Positions 1-7,160 of a DNA stretch of 20,000 nt are shown one piece after another. Position numbers and translations under genes: made by a program. The notes beneath the pieces are model-generated. The model ran no database searches. It was not told where the DNA came from and saw only the letters and a list, made by a program, of their open reading frames with translations. This DNA comes from an uncultured virus (IMG/VR IMGVR_UViG_3300020576_005736) (Duplodnaviria; Heunggongvirae; Uroviricota; Caudoviricetes), in IMG/VR virus record IMGVR_UViG_3300020576_005736, one strand, 5' to 3'. The first letter of the stretch is position 1. Every line of letters starts with the position of its first letter.

Positions 1-258
1 ACCACGCTTCTTGAGCATGATCTGCTCGTAGTTCTTGTCACGGAACTTGCCGGCCTTCTTGTAGAAGACACACTCTGTCTGACCAACAAAGATCGAGATA
101 GAGATACTCTCTCGCAGAAGAACCGCGACAGCATACTTCAGACCAGTCCCGAAGTAGCCGATAGGATTGTTGGTGTTGGGCTTCGACGACACTCCGAAGA
201 CGCTGAACGCCTCCATGTCGAGAAGTGTCGGTGTTCTGAATACAACTCTGTTGCTCAT
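1..258 (-). CDS. 5' part of a GHKL/HATPase_c-like phage protein (runs off the left edge)
   Basis: Not in the ORF track (no stop in window). ATG at 258 with AGGAG SD. Translates MSNRVVFRTPTLLDMEAFSVFGVSSKPNTNNPIGYFGTGLKYAVAVLLRE...; the GxSxK...IGxFGxGLKxA motif matches the GHKL ATP-lid/G2 box. Confidence 0.65.
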   Translation of the reverse strand, partial: MSNRVVFRTPTLLDMEAFSVFGVSSKPNTNNPIGYFGTGLKYAVAVLLRESISISIFVGQTECVFYKKAGKFRDKNYEQIMLKKRG

Positions 259-275
259 ATGTCTTCTCCTGGCAG

Positions 276-1394
276 CTAGTCCATGCGCCCATGCGGATGG
301 AAGTCGATCACAACGGGGAATCGGGGAATACCGTCCGGCGTTGGAGTGAAGTAGCGAACAGTGACCTGCCCACCAATGTACGTCTGTCTGTTCTCGAGGA
401 GCTTCCTCGTGAACTCCTGATTACCACGAATGCCTGCCTTCGGCCTCTCTCCGTTGGCCAGTCGTCTGTCTCCGGGCAGCATGAACTCCACCTTCTTGGC
501 GTAGCCAGCCCAGTTCCCAATTCCCTCCATGATGTCCGTAAGAGTGAACTCCTCGGTGATGAACTCCTTGCGCTTCAGCAGGTGCTTGCTGCGCTTGTGC
601 TCGTAGGGTGCGTCGAGCTTGACAATCTGTCCCTCGTATCCGTCCTCGAGATACTGTCCGTACAGATCTGTCAGACGGTCGCCCGAGTCAGCTCGATGAG
701 TCTGAACCATAACTACAGGAGACTGGGGCTTGCTGAAGTAGAGAGTGTTGAGGGCACGAAGAAGTTCTCGTCTGTAGGAGAATATGTGGTCTCCTCCAGT
801 GATCACGTCATACACGTGAAACTGGATAACCTCTCGTGAGGCTGCTCTCTCCTCGTCTCCGACGTTGCGCTTACGAACAATTGAGGAGATAGTGTTGAAG
901 TCGTCTCGCAGAGAGTGATTGTAGAGCTCACCGTCGAGGGTGATACCAGGCAGCGCCGTGAAGATCGGAGCCAGAGCCTCCTTAACATGATCTATGTTAT
1001 AGTGAGGCTGGAACTCTCGAGAGAACGCGCCGTGGCGAGATATCAGAGCACGGATACCATCGAGCTTCGGCTGCGAGAATATCGGAAAGAGAACCTCTCG
1101 CTGATTAGCGAAGTTCTGCGCCAGCATAGGCGACTTCGGCAGATTGTAGATCTCGTCGACTGTCTCACGATAGTCTCGGTCCAGCTTCTTCCTGCGCTCG
1201 GCATGAGCTTCGAAGAACGCCTGCTGATCGTGACTCCTGCCCTGCTTACCCTCGCAGACAGTCCATCCAGAGACGACCTGCTTACCGTCTAGCAGACCGG
1301 CGATAGTTCGCCACTGACGACCGTCCACCTCTGCTGACCATACTCGAATCTTCTTCCTGGTGTCGAGGGTATAGATCTCTCTAATCTTGAGCAT
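276..1394 (-). CDS. lig: ATP-dependent DNA ligase (372 aa; likely start ATG 1394 rather than 1481)
   Basis: Nucleotidyltransferase motifs: I (QPKLDGIR), III (LDGELY), IIIa (FHVYD), IV (EGQIVK), V (LLKRK), VI (PRFPV). GGAGG SD upstream of 1394. Confidence 0.95.
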   Translation of the reverse strand: MLKIREIYTLDTRKKIRVWSAEVDGRQWRTIAGLLDGKQVVSGWTVCEGKQGRSHDQQAFFEAHAERRKKLDRDYRETVDEIYNLPKSPMLAQNFANQREVLFPIFSQPKLDGIRALISRHGAFSREFQPHYNIDHVKEALAPIFTALPGITLDGELYNHSLRDDFNTISSIVRKRNVGDEERAASREVIQFHVYDVITGGDHIFSYRRELLRALNTLYFSKPQSPVVMVQTHRADSGDRLTDLYGQYLEDGYEGQIVKLDAPYEHKRSKHLLKRKEFITEEFTLTDIMEGIGNWAGYAKKVEFMLPGDRRLANGERPKAGIRGNQEFTRKLLENRQTYIGGQVTVRYFTPTPDGIPRFPVVIDFHPHGRMD

Positions 1395-1572
1395 GTGACC
1401 TCCGTGCAAGATATCTGGTGACTCGAGACAGACCGATGACACCAAGGACAATGATGGTCGCGAGAAACAGCATCGCAGCAACCACTACGACGAAGACTCG
1501 AACCAGAATGGCGAGGGACATGAGTCCCAGGACTGCGAGGATAGCAACAATGACTATCATGTAGCTGCTCAT
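1381..1572 (-). CDS. small membrane protein (63 aa, about 2 TM segments)
   Basis: GAGGA SD, long hydrophobic run, tight packing between neighbours. Confidence 0.65.
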   Translation of the reverse strand: MSSYMIVIVAILAVLGLMSLAILVRVFVVVVAAMLFLATIIVLGVIGLSRVTRYLARRSHAQD

Positions 1573-1582
1573 GACCAGATCC

Positions 1583-2158
1583 TCACGGTATGTCGACTAC
1601 AATGTAGCCCTTCTTGACATCATGAACGATGTCGCCTGCCAGGCCTCCGAGAGCAAGATACTCGCTCACGCTCATGCCGACCTTGTACAGCTTGAACCGA
1701 TCGTAGGACTTGGTGTTGGGAATCTTGGGATTGCGCTCGACTAGCTGAACTATCACACGCGGATCGTGCTTGCGCTGGTACTGCACTCTGGCGGCGATGC
1801 GCTTCGGAAGTCCCCCGGTCCCTGCCGGCTGACCTCGACGATGCCCTATTGGGAGAGGAAGCGGTCGTCCCTCAATATCCGTGAGGGGTATGCCAGTCTC
1901 TCCTCGGGCACACAGATAGATGGGCTTCTCGAGAAGACAGCACAGAATGTCGCACCAGAAGGTCTCGGTCCGGGTTGCCATGGTCATGACGACCTCTGCG
2001 TGGGACAGATGCTGGCACTTCTGAGCCAGAGTCTCTCCAGTGGCTATCCGGGGGTCTGGCGGTTCCGGAACCAGTCGAGAGTTGTACAGATGGTCCCAGA
2101 GCGCCAGCGTCTGTACTCTTGAAAGTCTCTTGTATAGATCTGTATGTTGTTGAATCAT
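1583..2158 (-). CDS. hypothetical protein, NPKxP-domain paralog 1 (191 aa)
   Basis: C-terminal DPRVI..NPKIPNTKSYDRFKLY..GGLAGDIVHDVKKGYI. N-terminal part aligns by eye with 3189-3806. Confidence 0.85.
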   Translation of the reverse strand: MIQQHTDLYKRLSRVQTLALWDHLYNSRLVPEPPDPRIATGETLAQKCQHLSHAEVVMTMATRTETFWCDILCCLLEKPIYLCARGETGIPLTDIEGRPLPLPIGHRRGQPAGTGGLPKRIAARVQYQRKHDPRVIVQLVERNPKIPNTKSYDRFKLYKVGMSVSEYLALGGLAGDIVHDVKKGYIVVDIP

Positions 2159-2447
2159 TGAGGAAGCCCCGATATCCGAGACTGAATTCGCTGCCGACTC
2201 AGTTCTACGGTTTGAGTTGAAGGATAGTGGTTGCTACGCAGACTGAGTAGGGGAGAGAGTGTCTCTCCTCTCTTATTAGTTCACTTCTTGCTCTTAAGGC
2301 AGGAGCAGGGCTGAGACGTCCAGCCCTCCAGAGCTCTTACACACCAGAACGCTCGAGGTCCGTAAGACTCAGGAGGATCCAGCAACTTACCACGGGGCAC
2401 GAATTTCGTCTTTGCGCTGTGGCAAGTCTTGTTGAGACGCTTGTCTG

Positions 2448-3023
2448 TCACTCACTCTTCTCCTCAGTGGTGGATTCCGAAGCGGTAGTCTCGGGAAGCG
2501 GACCGAGGCAGATGTAGCCGTGATCACGATCCCAGTGCAGAGTGGACAGGGCCAGCTTGCGACTGTAGCCCGCATCCACCATGGCCTTGACGAAACTCTC
2601 GCCAGTCGCAACCGACTCAGCCTCGACGTCTCCGACCACCTTCTCGTAGATCACGAACGTGTCGAACGCTCGCGAGCCAGGGCGCTTCGGATTGTTCGAG
2701 ACCAGGAGGTGCAGCTGCGCCGAGAGATCCAGCGTAGTGGCACCGACACGAGGAGCACCCTCCTCGGCAGGAGTCTTGGCAGCCGAGGGCTTCTCGGTCC
2801 CCCACACGAGAGACTCGTCCTCACCCTCGCGCAGAACGGCATGACCGTGCATCTGCAAGAGCTCATCTCGAGCCTTCTCCAGTCTCGCAACACCAGTCTT
2901 GGCGTCACGGAACTTCTTCACGAAGTCCTCCTCAGATCGACCGAGAAGGGGCTGTGCAGCATTATACGCAGCCGTCAGCTGGGCCATGGTCAGGCTCGTG
3001 AAGTCATCAACAGTATTCGGCAT
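2448..3023 (-). CDS. hypothetical protein, NPKxP-domain paralog 2 (191 aa)
   Basis: GAGGAG SD; contains NPKRPGSRAFDTFVIY...LHWDRDHGYI. Confidence 0.85.
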   Translation of the reverse strand: MPNTVDDFTSLTMAQLTAAYNAAQPLLGRSEEDFVKKFRDAKTGVARLEKARDELLQMHGHAVLREGEDESLVWGTEKPSAAKTPAEEGAPRVGATTLDLSAQLHLLVSNNPKRPGSRAFDTFVIYEKVVGDVEAESVATGESFVKAMVDAGYSRKLALSTLHWDRDHGYICLGPLPETTASESTTEEKSE

Positions 3024-3124
3024 CTTACTCTCCTCTGTTAGCCGCCACTGGGTTGAGACGGGTTTTCGCTGGCGGCGATATCAGGGTTGCGCGATACTCA
3101 GACTAGCGCAACCCTAATAGACGT

Positions 3125-3152
3125 ATGATACTCCAACTGGACAGGGTGTAAA
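3125..3152 (-). promoter_or_regulatory. sigma70-like early promoter TTTACA-N16-TATCAT
   Basis: -35 at 3147-3152 and -10 at 3125-3130, intergenic. Predicted +1 (~3118) coincides with the start of a 13-bp hairpin (3080-3118). Confidence 0.6.
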
Positions 3153-3188
3153 GCCCCTACGGCGTGCAACACCCTATCTATTTTTGCA

Positions 3189-3806
3189 TCAGGACTCGAT
3201 CTGCTGAGCCGCCCACTCCTCGAGAGTGACGACTTTGATGAAGCCCTTGCCGAGATCGTACTGGACGTCGGCCTTGGTGCCGCCAGCCTTGATGAACTCA
3301 GCGATAGACTGGCCGACAGTGTAGAGCGCATAGCGCTGAAAAGCGGCGGACGAGGGCTTCTTGGGATTCGGGGCTACGAAGGAGATGATGCGAGGATCGT
3401 CAGGAGACGGAGCCGGACCCTTGGTCCCAGGCTCGTAGGTCACCTTCTCCTTCTTCGGACCGTGGGAACGAGAGCCGTTCGGACGAATGTGAGGACCAGC
3501 CTGCTTGTCAGGTCGACCAGTCGGCTCGGGATAGTTGCGAGTCAGAGGTTGAGACATGAGAATCTCTAGAATCTTGGGATCCAGAGTATCCCCGCATGCC
3601 ACGACCACGTCGACGTGAGCGACATCCTGGAGATGCTCGGCGAGCTTCTCAGCATCGGGCTCCTCACTGTCGAGGATGTCCGGAACCAGTCCGGCCTCAT
3701 GACACGCATTCCAGAGAGTAGCCACCTGCTCCTCGTCCATCTGCGAGAGATACTTGGTGTAGAGAAGTTCATTCTCGGTGTTGGCGGCGGTATTGTTGTC
3801 AGACAT
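3189..3806 (-). CDS. hypothetical protein, NPKxP-domain paralog 3 (205 aa)
   Basis: C-terminal DPRII..NPKKPSSAAFQRYALY..GGTKADVQYDLGKGFI; acidic N-terminal domain. Confidence 0.88.
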   Translation of the reverse strand: MSDNNTAANTENELLYTKYLSQMDEEQVATLWNACHEAGLVPDILDSEEPDAEKLAEHLQDVAHVDVVVACGDTLDPKILEILMSQPLTRNYPEPTGRPDKQAGPHIRPNGSRSHGPKKEKVTYEPGTKGPAPSPDDPRIISFVAPNPKKPSSAAFQRYALYTVGQSIAEFIKAGGTKADVQYDLGKGFIKVVTLEEWAAQQIES

Positions 3807-3827
3807 AGTTGCTCATTCCTCTTTGGT

Positions 3828-3889
3828 GCCCTGACTCATCAGTGCCGGGTGGGCGTATCCGGCAGACAGGCCGAGTGGCCTGTTTCGTC
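3828..3889 (-). ncRNA. type II hammerhead ribozyme with loop I/3'-tail pseudoknot (predicted cleavage between 3865 and 3864)
   Basis: RNA: GAC GAA ACAGGCC-ACUC-GGCCUGU C^ UGCCGG-AUACGCCCAC-CCGGCA CUGAUGA GUC A GGGC. Complete core (CUGAUGA, GAAA, GUC site), stems I-III, GCCC/GGGC pseudoknot. Confidence 0.9.
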
Positions 3890-3939
3890 TCACTCCCACT
3901 CCCACTCGTAGTCTCACTCCCACTCCCACTTGTAGTCTC
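3887..3939. repeat. 24-bp tandem duplication of the 3' end of the upstream gene
   Basis: gtctcactcccactcccact(c/t)gta x2 plus gtctc. Confidence 0.9.
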
Positions 3940-4516
3940 GCTCCTGAAGCGTGACCTTGCGGATCCGAACGTAGTCCGGAATTAGAAGACCGAGTTCCCG
4001 AGCCTCGACTCGAAGATCTCTGAGCCTGTTATCGATCTGCTCAGGATCGTCTGTCAGAGCTTCCTCGAGAAGGTGGGTGACCTTGATACTTCCACCTCCT
4101 GAGGCAGAGCACGTGGCCGAGGTGTTCCTGTAGGACAGATAGACGGTCCTGTCTGCACCCTCAGGAGACATGATGACCACATAGGCCACAGCGTCTGAGT
4201 CCATGCGAGGAGCCTCGTCGGCGACGGGTGCCGGGGAGGTGGCTGTCGTCCGCTCCTCGTCCATGTTCACGAGACGAAAGAGCTGCCCTCCGTACATGTC
4301 TCCGTCACGAATGACGTTGATGGTGTCTCCGTCGATGACGATGGTGTGACCGACTGTGTTGTACTGAACATCGTCCGCGATGAGAGGATCCTTGGACTCG
4401 CATCCCTGGAAGGCGTCCCAGTCAGTTTCCGTGAACTCACGGAAACTGGAGAGAGCGATCTTTCGCAGAAGTCCCAGAGCAGTCACGCTCGTCCTGATGT
4501 CAATTGGCGATCCCAT
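3914..4516 (-). CDS. hypothetical protein (200 aa; likely start ATG 4516)
   Basis: Strong AAGGAGGAG SD before MGSPIDIRTS; overlaps the upstream stop. Confidence 0.8.
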   Translation of the reverse strand: MGSPIDIRTSVTALGLLRKIALSSFREFTETDWDAFQGCESKDPLIADDVQYNTVGHTIVIDGDTINVIRDGDMYGGQLFRLVNMDEERTTATSPAPVADEAPRMDSDAVAYVVIMSPEGADRTVYLSYRNTSATCSASGGGSIKVTHLLEEALTDDPEQIDNRLRDLRVEARELGLLIPDYVRIRKVTLQERDYKWEWE

Positions 4517-4964
4517 GAATCTCCTCCTTCTTGATGTAGTATCTCGGGAACTGGACTGACTCGAGACGAGAGATGGTAGTCTCGAGAGTTGTGGTGAACG
4601 TCTCCTCCTCGGGAGGAAGCAGCCTTCCCATGTCACATCGTCGGTGCACGTGGTCCAGAACTGCTCGAAGCGCGTAGCTCACGTTGTCTCGACGGTCGCG
4701 GCGCGCCGCGCCGCGCTTACGCCCGGAGGCGTAATGCTGGAACTTTAGCACATCGTCGGCATCGACCGAGAGAGGCTCTGGGATCCTGAGACTGTCCAGC
4801 TCGTCAGCTACATTTCTGAGCAACTGCACGCGAGCCATACCATTCAGGCGAGTATCTCCCCGGTCCGTCACCCCTCGTATGTCGGACACGAGAGACTGGA
4901 GTTCCGACCGGGCAATTGCAAGAGCCTCTCGGACTGACGTCCTGTAGGTCTTGACAGGCATCAC
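4500..4964 (-). CDS. hypothetical protein (154 aa)
   Basis: GGAG SD; 4-nt start/stop overlap with the upstream gene. Confidence 0.75.
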   Translation of the reverse strand: MMPVKTYRTSVREALAIARSELQSLVSDIRGVTDRGDTRLNGMARVQLLRNVADELDSLRIPEPLSVDADDVLKFQHYASGRKRGAARRDRRDNVSYALRAVLDHVHRRCDMGRLLPPEEETFTTTLETTISRLESVQFPRYYIKKEEIHGIAN

Positions 4965-5281
4965 ATGTCTCCTTCCTTGGCGGAGTAGAGCAGGAGGACA
5001 AAGTCCGCTGCAGGGTCCTGCCCGTTCATGATCTCCATGGAGTCAGAGAAGGCAGGAAGCATACAGGGCGACCGACCATCGCACCACTTCTTGACCTCGT
5101 CAGCGATGCTGAACTTCATAGACTTGATCTGGAGGTATCGCTCGATGTTGTCGAGCATGGGGCGAGTCATCGGACCGCCAGAGAGGCTCGGACCTCTCGA
5201 CTCGATCCCACCCTCACGAAGAGCCGTCGTGACTCCAAGGAAGAGGTTGGGATGGGAACTCTGATCGTACATAATGTTCAT
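4961..5281 (-). CDS. hypothetical protein (106 aa)
   Basis: GAGGAG SD; directly downstream of the promoter at 5313-5341. Confidence 0.75.
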   Translation of the reverse strand: MNIMYDQSSHPNLFLGVTTALREGGIESRGPSLSGGPMTRPMLDNIERYLQIKSMKFSIADEVKKWCDGRSPCMLPAFSDSMEIMNGQDPAADFVLLLYSAKEGDM

Positions 5282-5312
5282 GGCATCTCCTCGCCGTTCT
5301 ACCTATACCCTA

Positions 5313-5341
5313 ATACTACGCTATCTGCAGGGCGTAGTAAA
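5313..5341 (-). promoter_or_regulatory. sigma70-like early promoter TTTACT-N17-TAGTAT with internal 8-bp inverted repeat
   Basis: Near-identical to 7118-7146; TACTACGC/GCGTAGTA arms overlap the -10 and -35. Confidence 0.8.
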
Positions 5342-5344
5342 GGG

Positions 5345-5617
5345 CTAAATTTGCATCATGTCCAGATGATTGACCAGCGGAAGGAACGGACGAGGCATCT
5401 CGAGAAATGCACGAAGCTCCGGAAGAGCTCCGTCAGGACTCCTCATGACCAGCTCGGTGACCTCAGAGGAGGAGACGAACTCCTCATTCTTCGGAGCTCC
5501 AGGCCCAATCTGATGAACACGAGTCCAGCCGCCAGGCTGATCAGGAGTTCTGCGGATCTCGATCCGTCCCATGTACATGGTCTTCTGATAGACCACAGCG
5601 TCCTTCTTCTTAGACAT
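5345..5617 (-). CDS. hypothetical protein (90 aa; start MSKKKDAV)
   Basis: GAGGAG SD before ATG 5617. Confidence 0.7.
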   Translation of the reverse strand: MSKKKDAVVYQKTMYMGRIEIRRTPDQPGGWTRVHQIGPGAPKNEEFVSSSEVTELVMRSPDGALPELRAFLEMPRPFLPLVNHLDMMQI

Positions 5618-5831
5618 CTTTGACTCCTCTCTGGATGCTGAGAACGACGCGGGTTTTGTAGTCAGAAGCTGAGTTCTCCTGGAAGATCTTCGTTCCCTCA
5701 ACACAAAGGTTCAGGAAGACCTGAGGATCAAGAGCCACAACCTTGTGCTTATGATGATTGACTGCCAGCCACAGCTGGTAACCATCGAAAGACAGGTAGA
5801 CTCCATCTCCAATATGAGTGGATTTCACCAT
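5610..5831 (-). CDS. small phage hypothetical protein (73 aa; HIGDGVYLSFDGYQLWL motif)
   Basis: AGGAG SD before ATG 5831. The motif resembles a recurrent small phage protein family (from memory, not searched). Confidence 0.75.
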   Translation of the reverse strand: MVKSTHIGDGVYLSFDGYQLWLAVNHHKHKVVALDPQVFLNLCVEGTKIFQENSASDYKTRVVLSIQRGVKDV

Positions 5832-6055
5832 TTCTGGTCTCCTGTCTTCGAGCCGACGGCCCAGCGATTGTCGGTCCACACTGCGAAGAAGTAAGCCTTG
5901 AGCTCCTCCGACACAGTGAAGTACGAGCGAACGTGGTCGGGGAGTTCGTGCTCCTGGACCTGAGTTGTGTGCTTCCGCTTCTCGTCGTAGATGAGGAAGG
6001 GAGCGTTGACCGGAAAGAGCGGTCGCTGAATCTTGACGATCTGATCAGTCATCAC
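5825..6055 (-). CDS. hypothetical protein (76 aa)
   Basis: Overlaps both neighbours; GGAG SD. Confidence 0.7.
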   Translation of the reverse strand: MMTDQIVKIQRPLFPVNAPFLIYDEKRKHTTQVQEHELPDHVRSYFTVSEELKAYFFAVWTDNRWAVGSKTGDQKW

Positions 6056-6557
6056 ACGCTCCAGAAGTCACGACAGGCACTGCGGAACTCCAGAGAGTTT
6101 CTCTCCCAGATCTGTCGGCGCATCTCATCGAGAGACTCCTGTCTAGCAGTGAGGACATCATCAGTGAGAACATCACACTGCTCGTCTGCACTCAGAGCAT
6201 CTGAGCACGTCTGGTAGATCTCAGCACAGACGTCCAGAGAGACAGAGTCCTCAGAGGTCAGGAACTCTCGGATCTTCTCGTCCTCCACGTGGTCCCATGG
6301 ACCCATAGTCCACTCAACCGACGGCCAGTAGACGATGACTCCGAGCCCCATGCTGTCTGCGTGCGAGTCCCGTATCATATCTGACAGCTGGTCAACATCG
6401 AGATTCGAGCACCTGACCATCCGAGAGATGATCTCGTTCTGCCCGGGACCGTCAACGCCCACACAGGAGCGTCCGTACATTCCTCGTCCGGAGTAGGACC
6501 GAGGTCTGAGTCCAACGCCTTCAGAGCGCGGACCAGAGTATCACAATCAATATTCAT
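6052..6557 (-). pseudogene. phage 'YSGRGMYG...CVGV' family protein split by a 1-bp frameshift near 6522 (mutation or sequencing error)
   Basis: ATG 6557 (GGAG SD) gives MNIDCDTLVRAL. The -1 frame continues EGVGLRPRSYSGRGMYGRSCVGV...DSMGLGVIVYWP to the stop at 6052. Confidence 0.65.
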
Positions 6558-6580
6558 TCTTGCTTCTCCGCTTTGGGTGT

Positions 6581-6633
6581 CTCCCGAGGATCAGTCCTCG
6601 GGAGTGTCTCTCGGTGAGGAGGATCAGTCCTCG
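6581..6633 (-). other. twin hairpins GAGGA-CUGA-UCCUC (one has a perfect 10-bp stem, 6581-6604)
   Basis: gaggatcagtcctcg at 6586-6600 and 6619-6633; no U-tail. Confidence 0.6.
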
Positions 6634-6845
6634 TCGTCCTCATCTTCGTGATCGTTGACCTCCTCGACCTCGTAGGCGGAGTCCTCCTCGTACCACTCAG
6701 CACCCTCGAAGATCTTGTGATGAGGATTGTCCTCGTCGGCTCCAGCCTCGACCATCTCCGTGGCCTTGTCCTCGTCCTCAGCCTCCACAGTGATCGTAGC
6801 GACATGGAGGACAGTGCGAGCAACCTTCACGTCAAACTTGGGCAT
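6624..6845 (-). CDS. small very acidic protein (73 aa; 27 D/E vs 5 K/R)
   Basis: GAGGAG SD before ATG 6845 (MPKFDVKVARTV...EDEDDED). Confidence 0.85.
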   Translation of the reverse strand: MPKFDVKVARTVLHVATITVEAEDEDKATEMVEAGADEDNPHHKIFEGAEWYEEDSAYEVEEVNDHEDEDDED

Positions 6846-6856
6846 CTTGCATCTCC

Positions 6857-6925
6857 TCGGTCCTGACTCGTCAGCGCCGGACGGACCAATCTCCTGGCGG
6901 ACACGCTCACTGAGCGTGTTTCGTC
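6857..6925 (-). ncRNA. type II hammerhead ribozyme with pseudoknot (predicted cleavage between 6900 and 6899)
   Basis: RNA: GAC GAA ACACGCUC-AGU-GAGCGUGU C^ CGCC(A)GGA-GAUUGGUCCG-UCCGGCG CUGACGA GUC A GGACCGA. Complete core; UUGGUCC/GGACCGA pseudoknot. Confidence 0.88.
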
Positions 6926-7086
6926 TTCGCATGCTGATCGCCTACGGGAACCAGATCTCGGCAGTCGCTCAGGGGAGCGCGGCTCGGCAGGATCTTCGCG
7001 ACAGCCCACCTCACTGTACCGATGACGACGGACAGCAGGACGAGCAACTCAACAACCTCAATGATAAGAGCAAGCATTCGGACCAT
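6907..7086 (-). CDS. small membrane protein (59 aa, MVRMLALIIEVVELLVLLSVVIGTV...)
   Basis: Below the ORF-track cutoff. GAGGAG SD, directly downstream of promoter 7118-7146; its stop lies in hammerhead stem-loop III. Confidence 0.7.
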   Translation of the reverse strand: MVRMLALIIEVVELLVLLSVVIGTVRWAVAKILPSRAPLSDCRDLVPVGDQHAKTKHAQ

Positions 7087-7117
7087 GATAATCTCCTCTG
7101 GCGGCTTTATAAGTATA

Positions 7118-7146
7118 ATACTACGCTATCTGCGCGGCGTAGTAAA
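7118..7146 (-). promoter_or_regulatory. sigma70-like early promoter TTTACT-N17-TAGTAT with internal 8-bp inverted repeat
   Basis: Near-identical copy of 5313-5341. Confidence 0.8.
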
Positions 7147-7160
7147 GCTTCATTTTTGCA

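Noticed and set aside
1395..1481. N-terminal extension of the ligase given by the ORF track
   Set aside because: It overlaps the upstream membrane gene, and the GGAGG SD supports ATG 1394.
1381..1572. Membrane protein as a holin
   Set aside because: No adjacent endolysin, and it lies in the early/replication arm.
2395..2415. GACGAAA resembling the 5' start of the two hammerheads
   Set aside because: No downstream CUGAnGA-GUC and no stem III.
3055..3090. Possible third hammerhead (CUGAUAU...GAAAA)
   Set aside because: The core is CUGAUAU, not CUGAnGA, and no stem II/III or NUH site can be formed.
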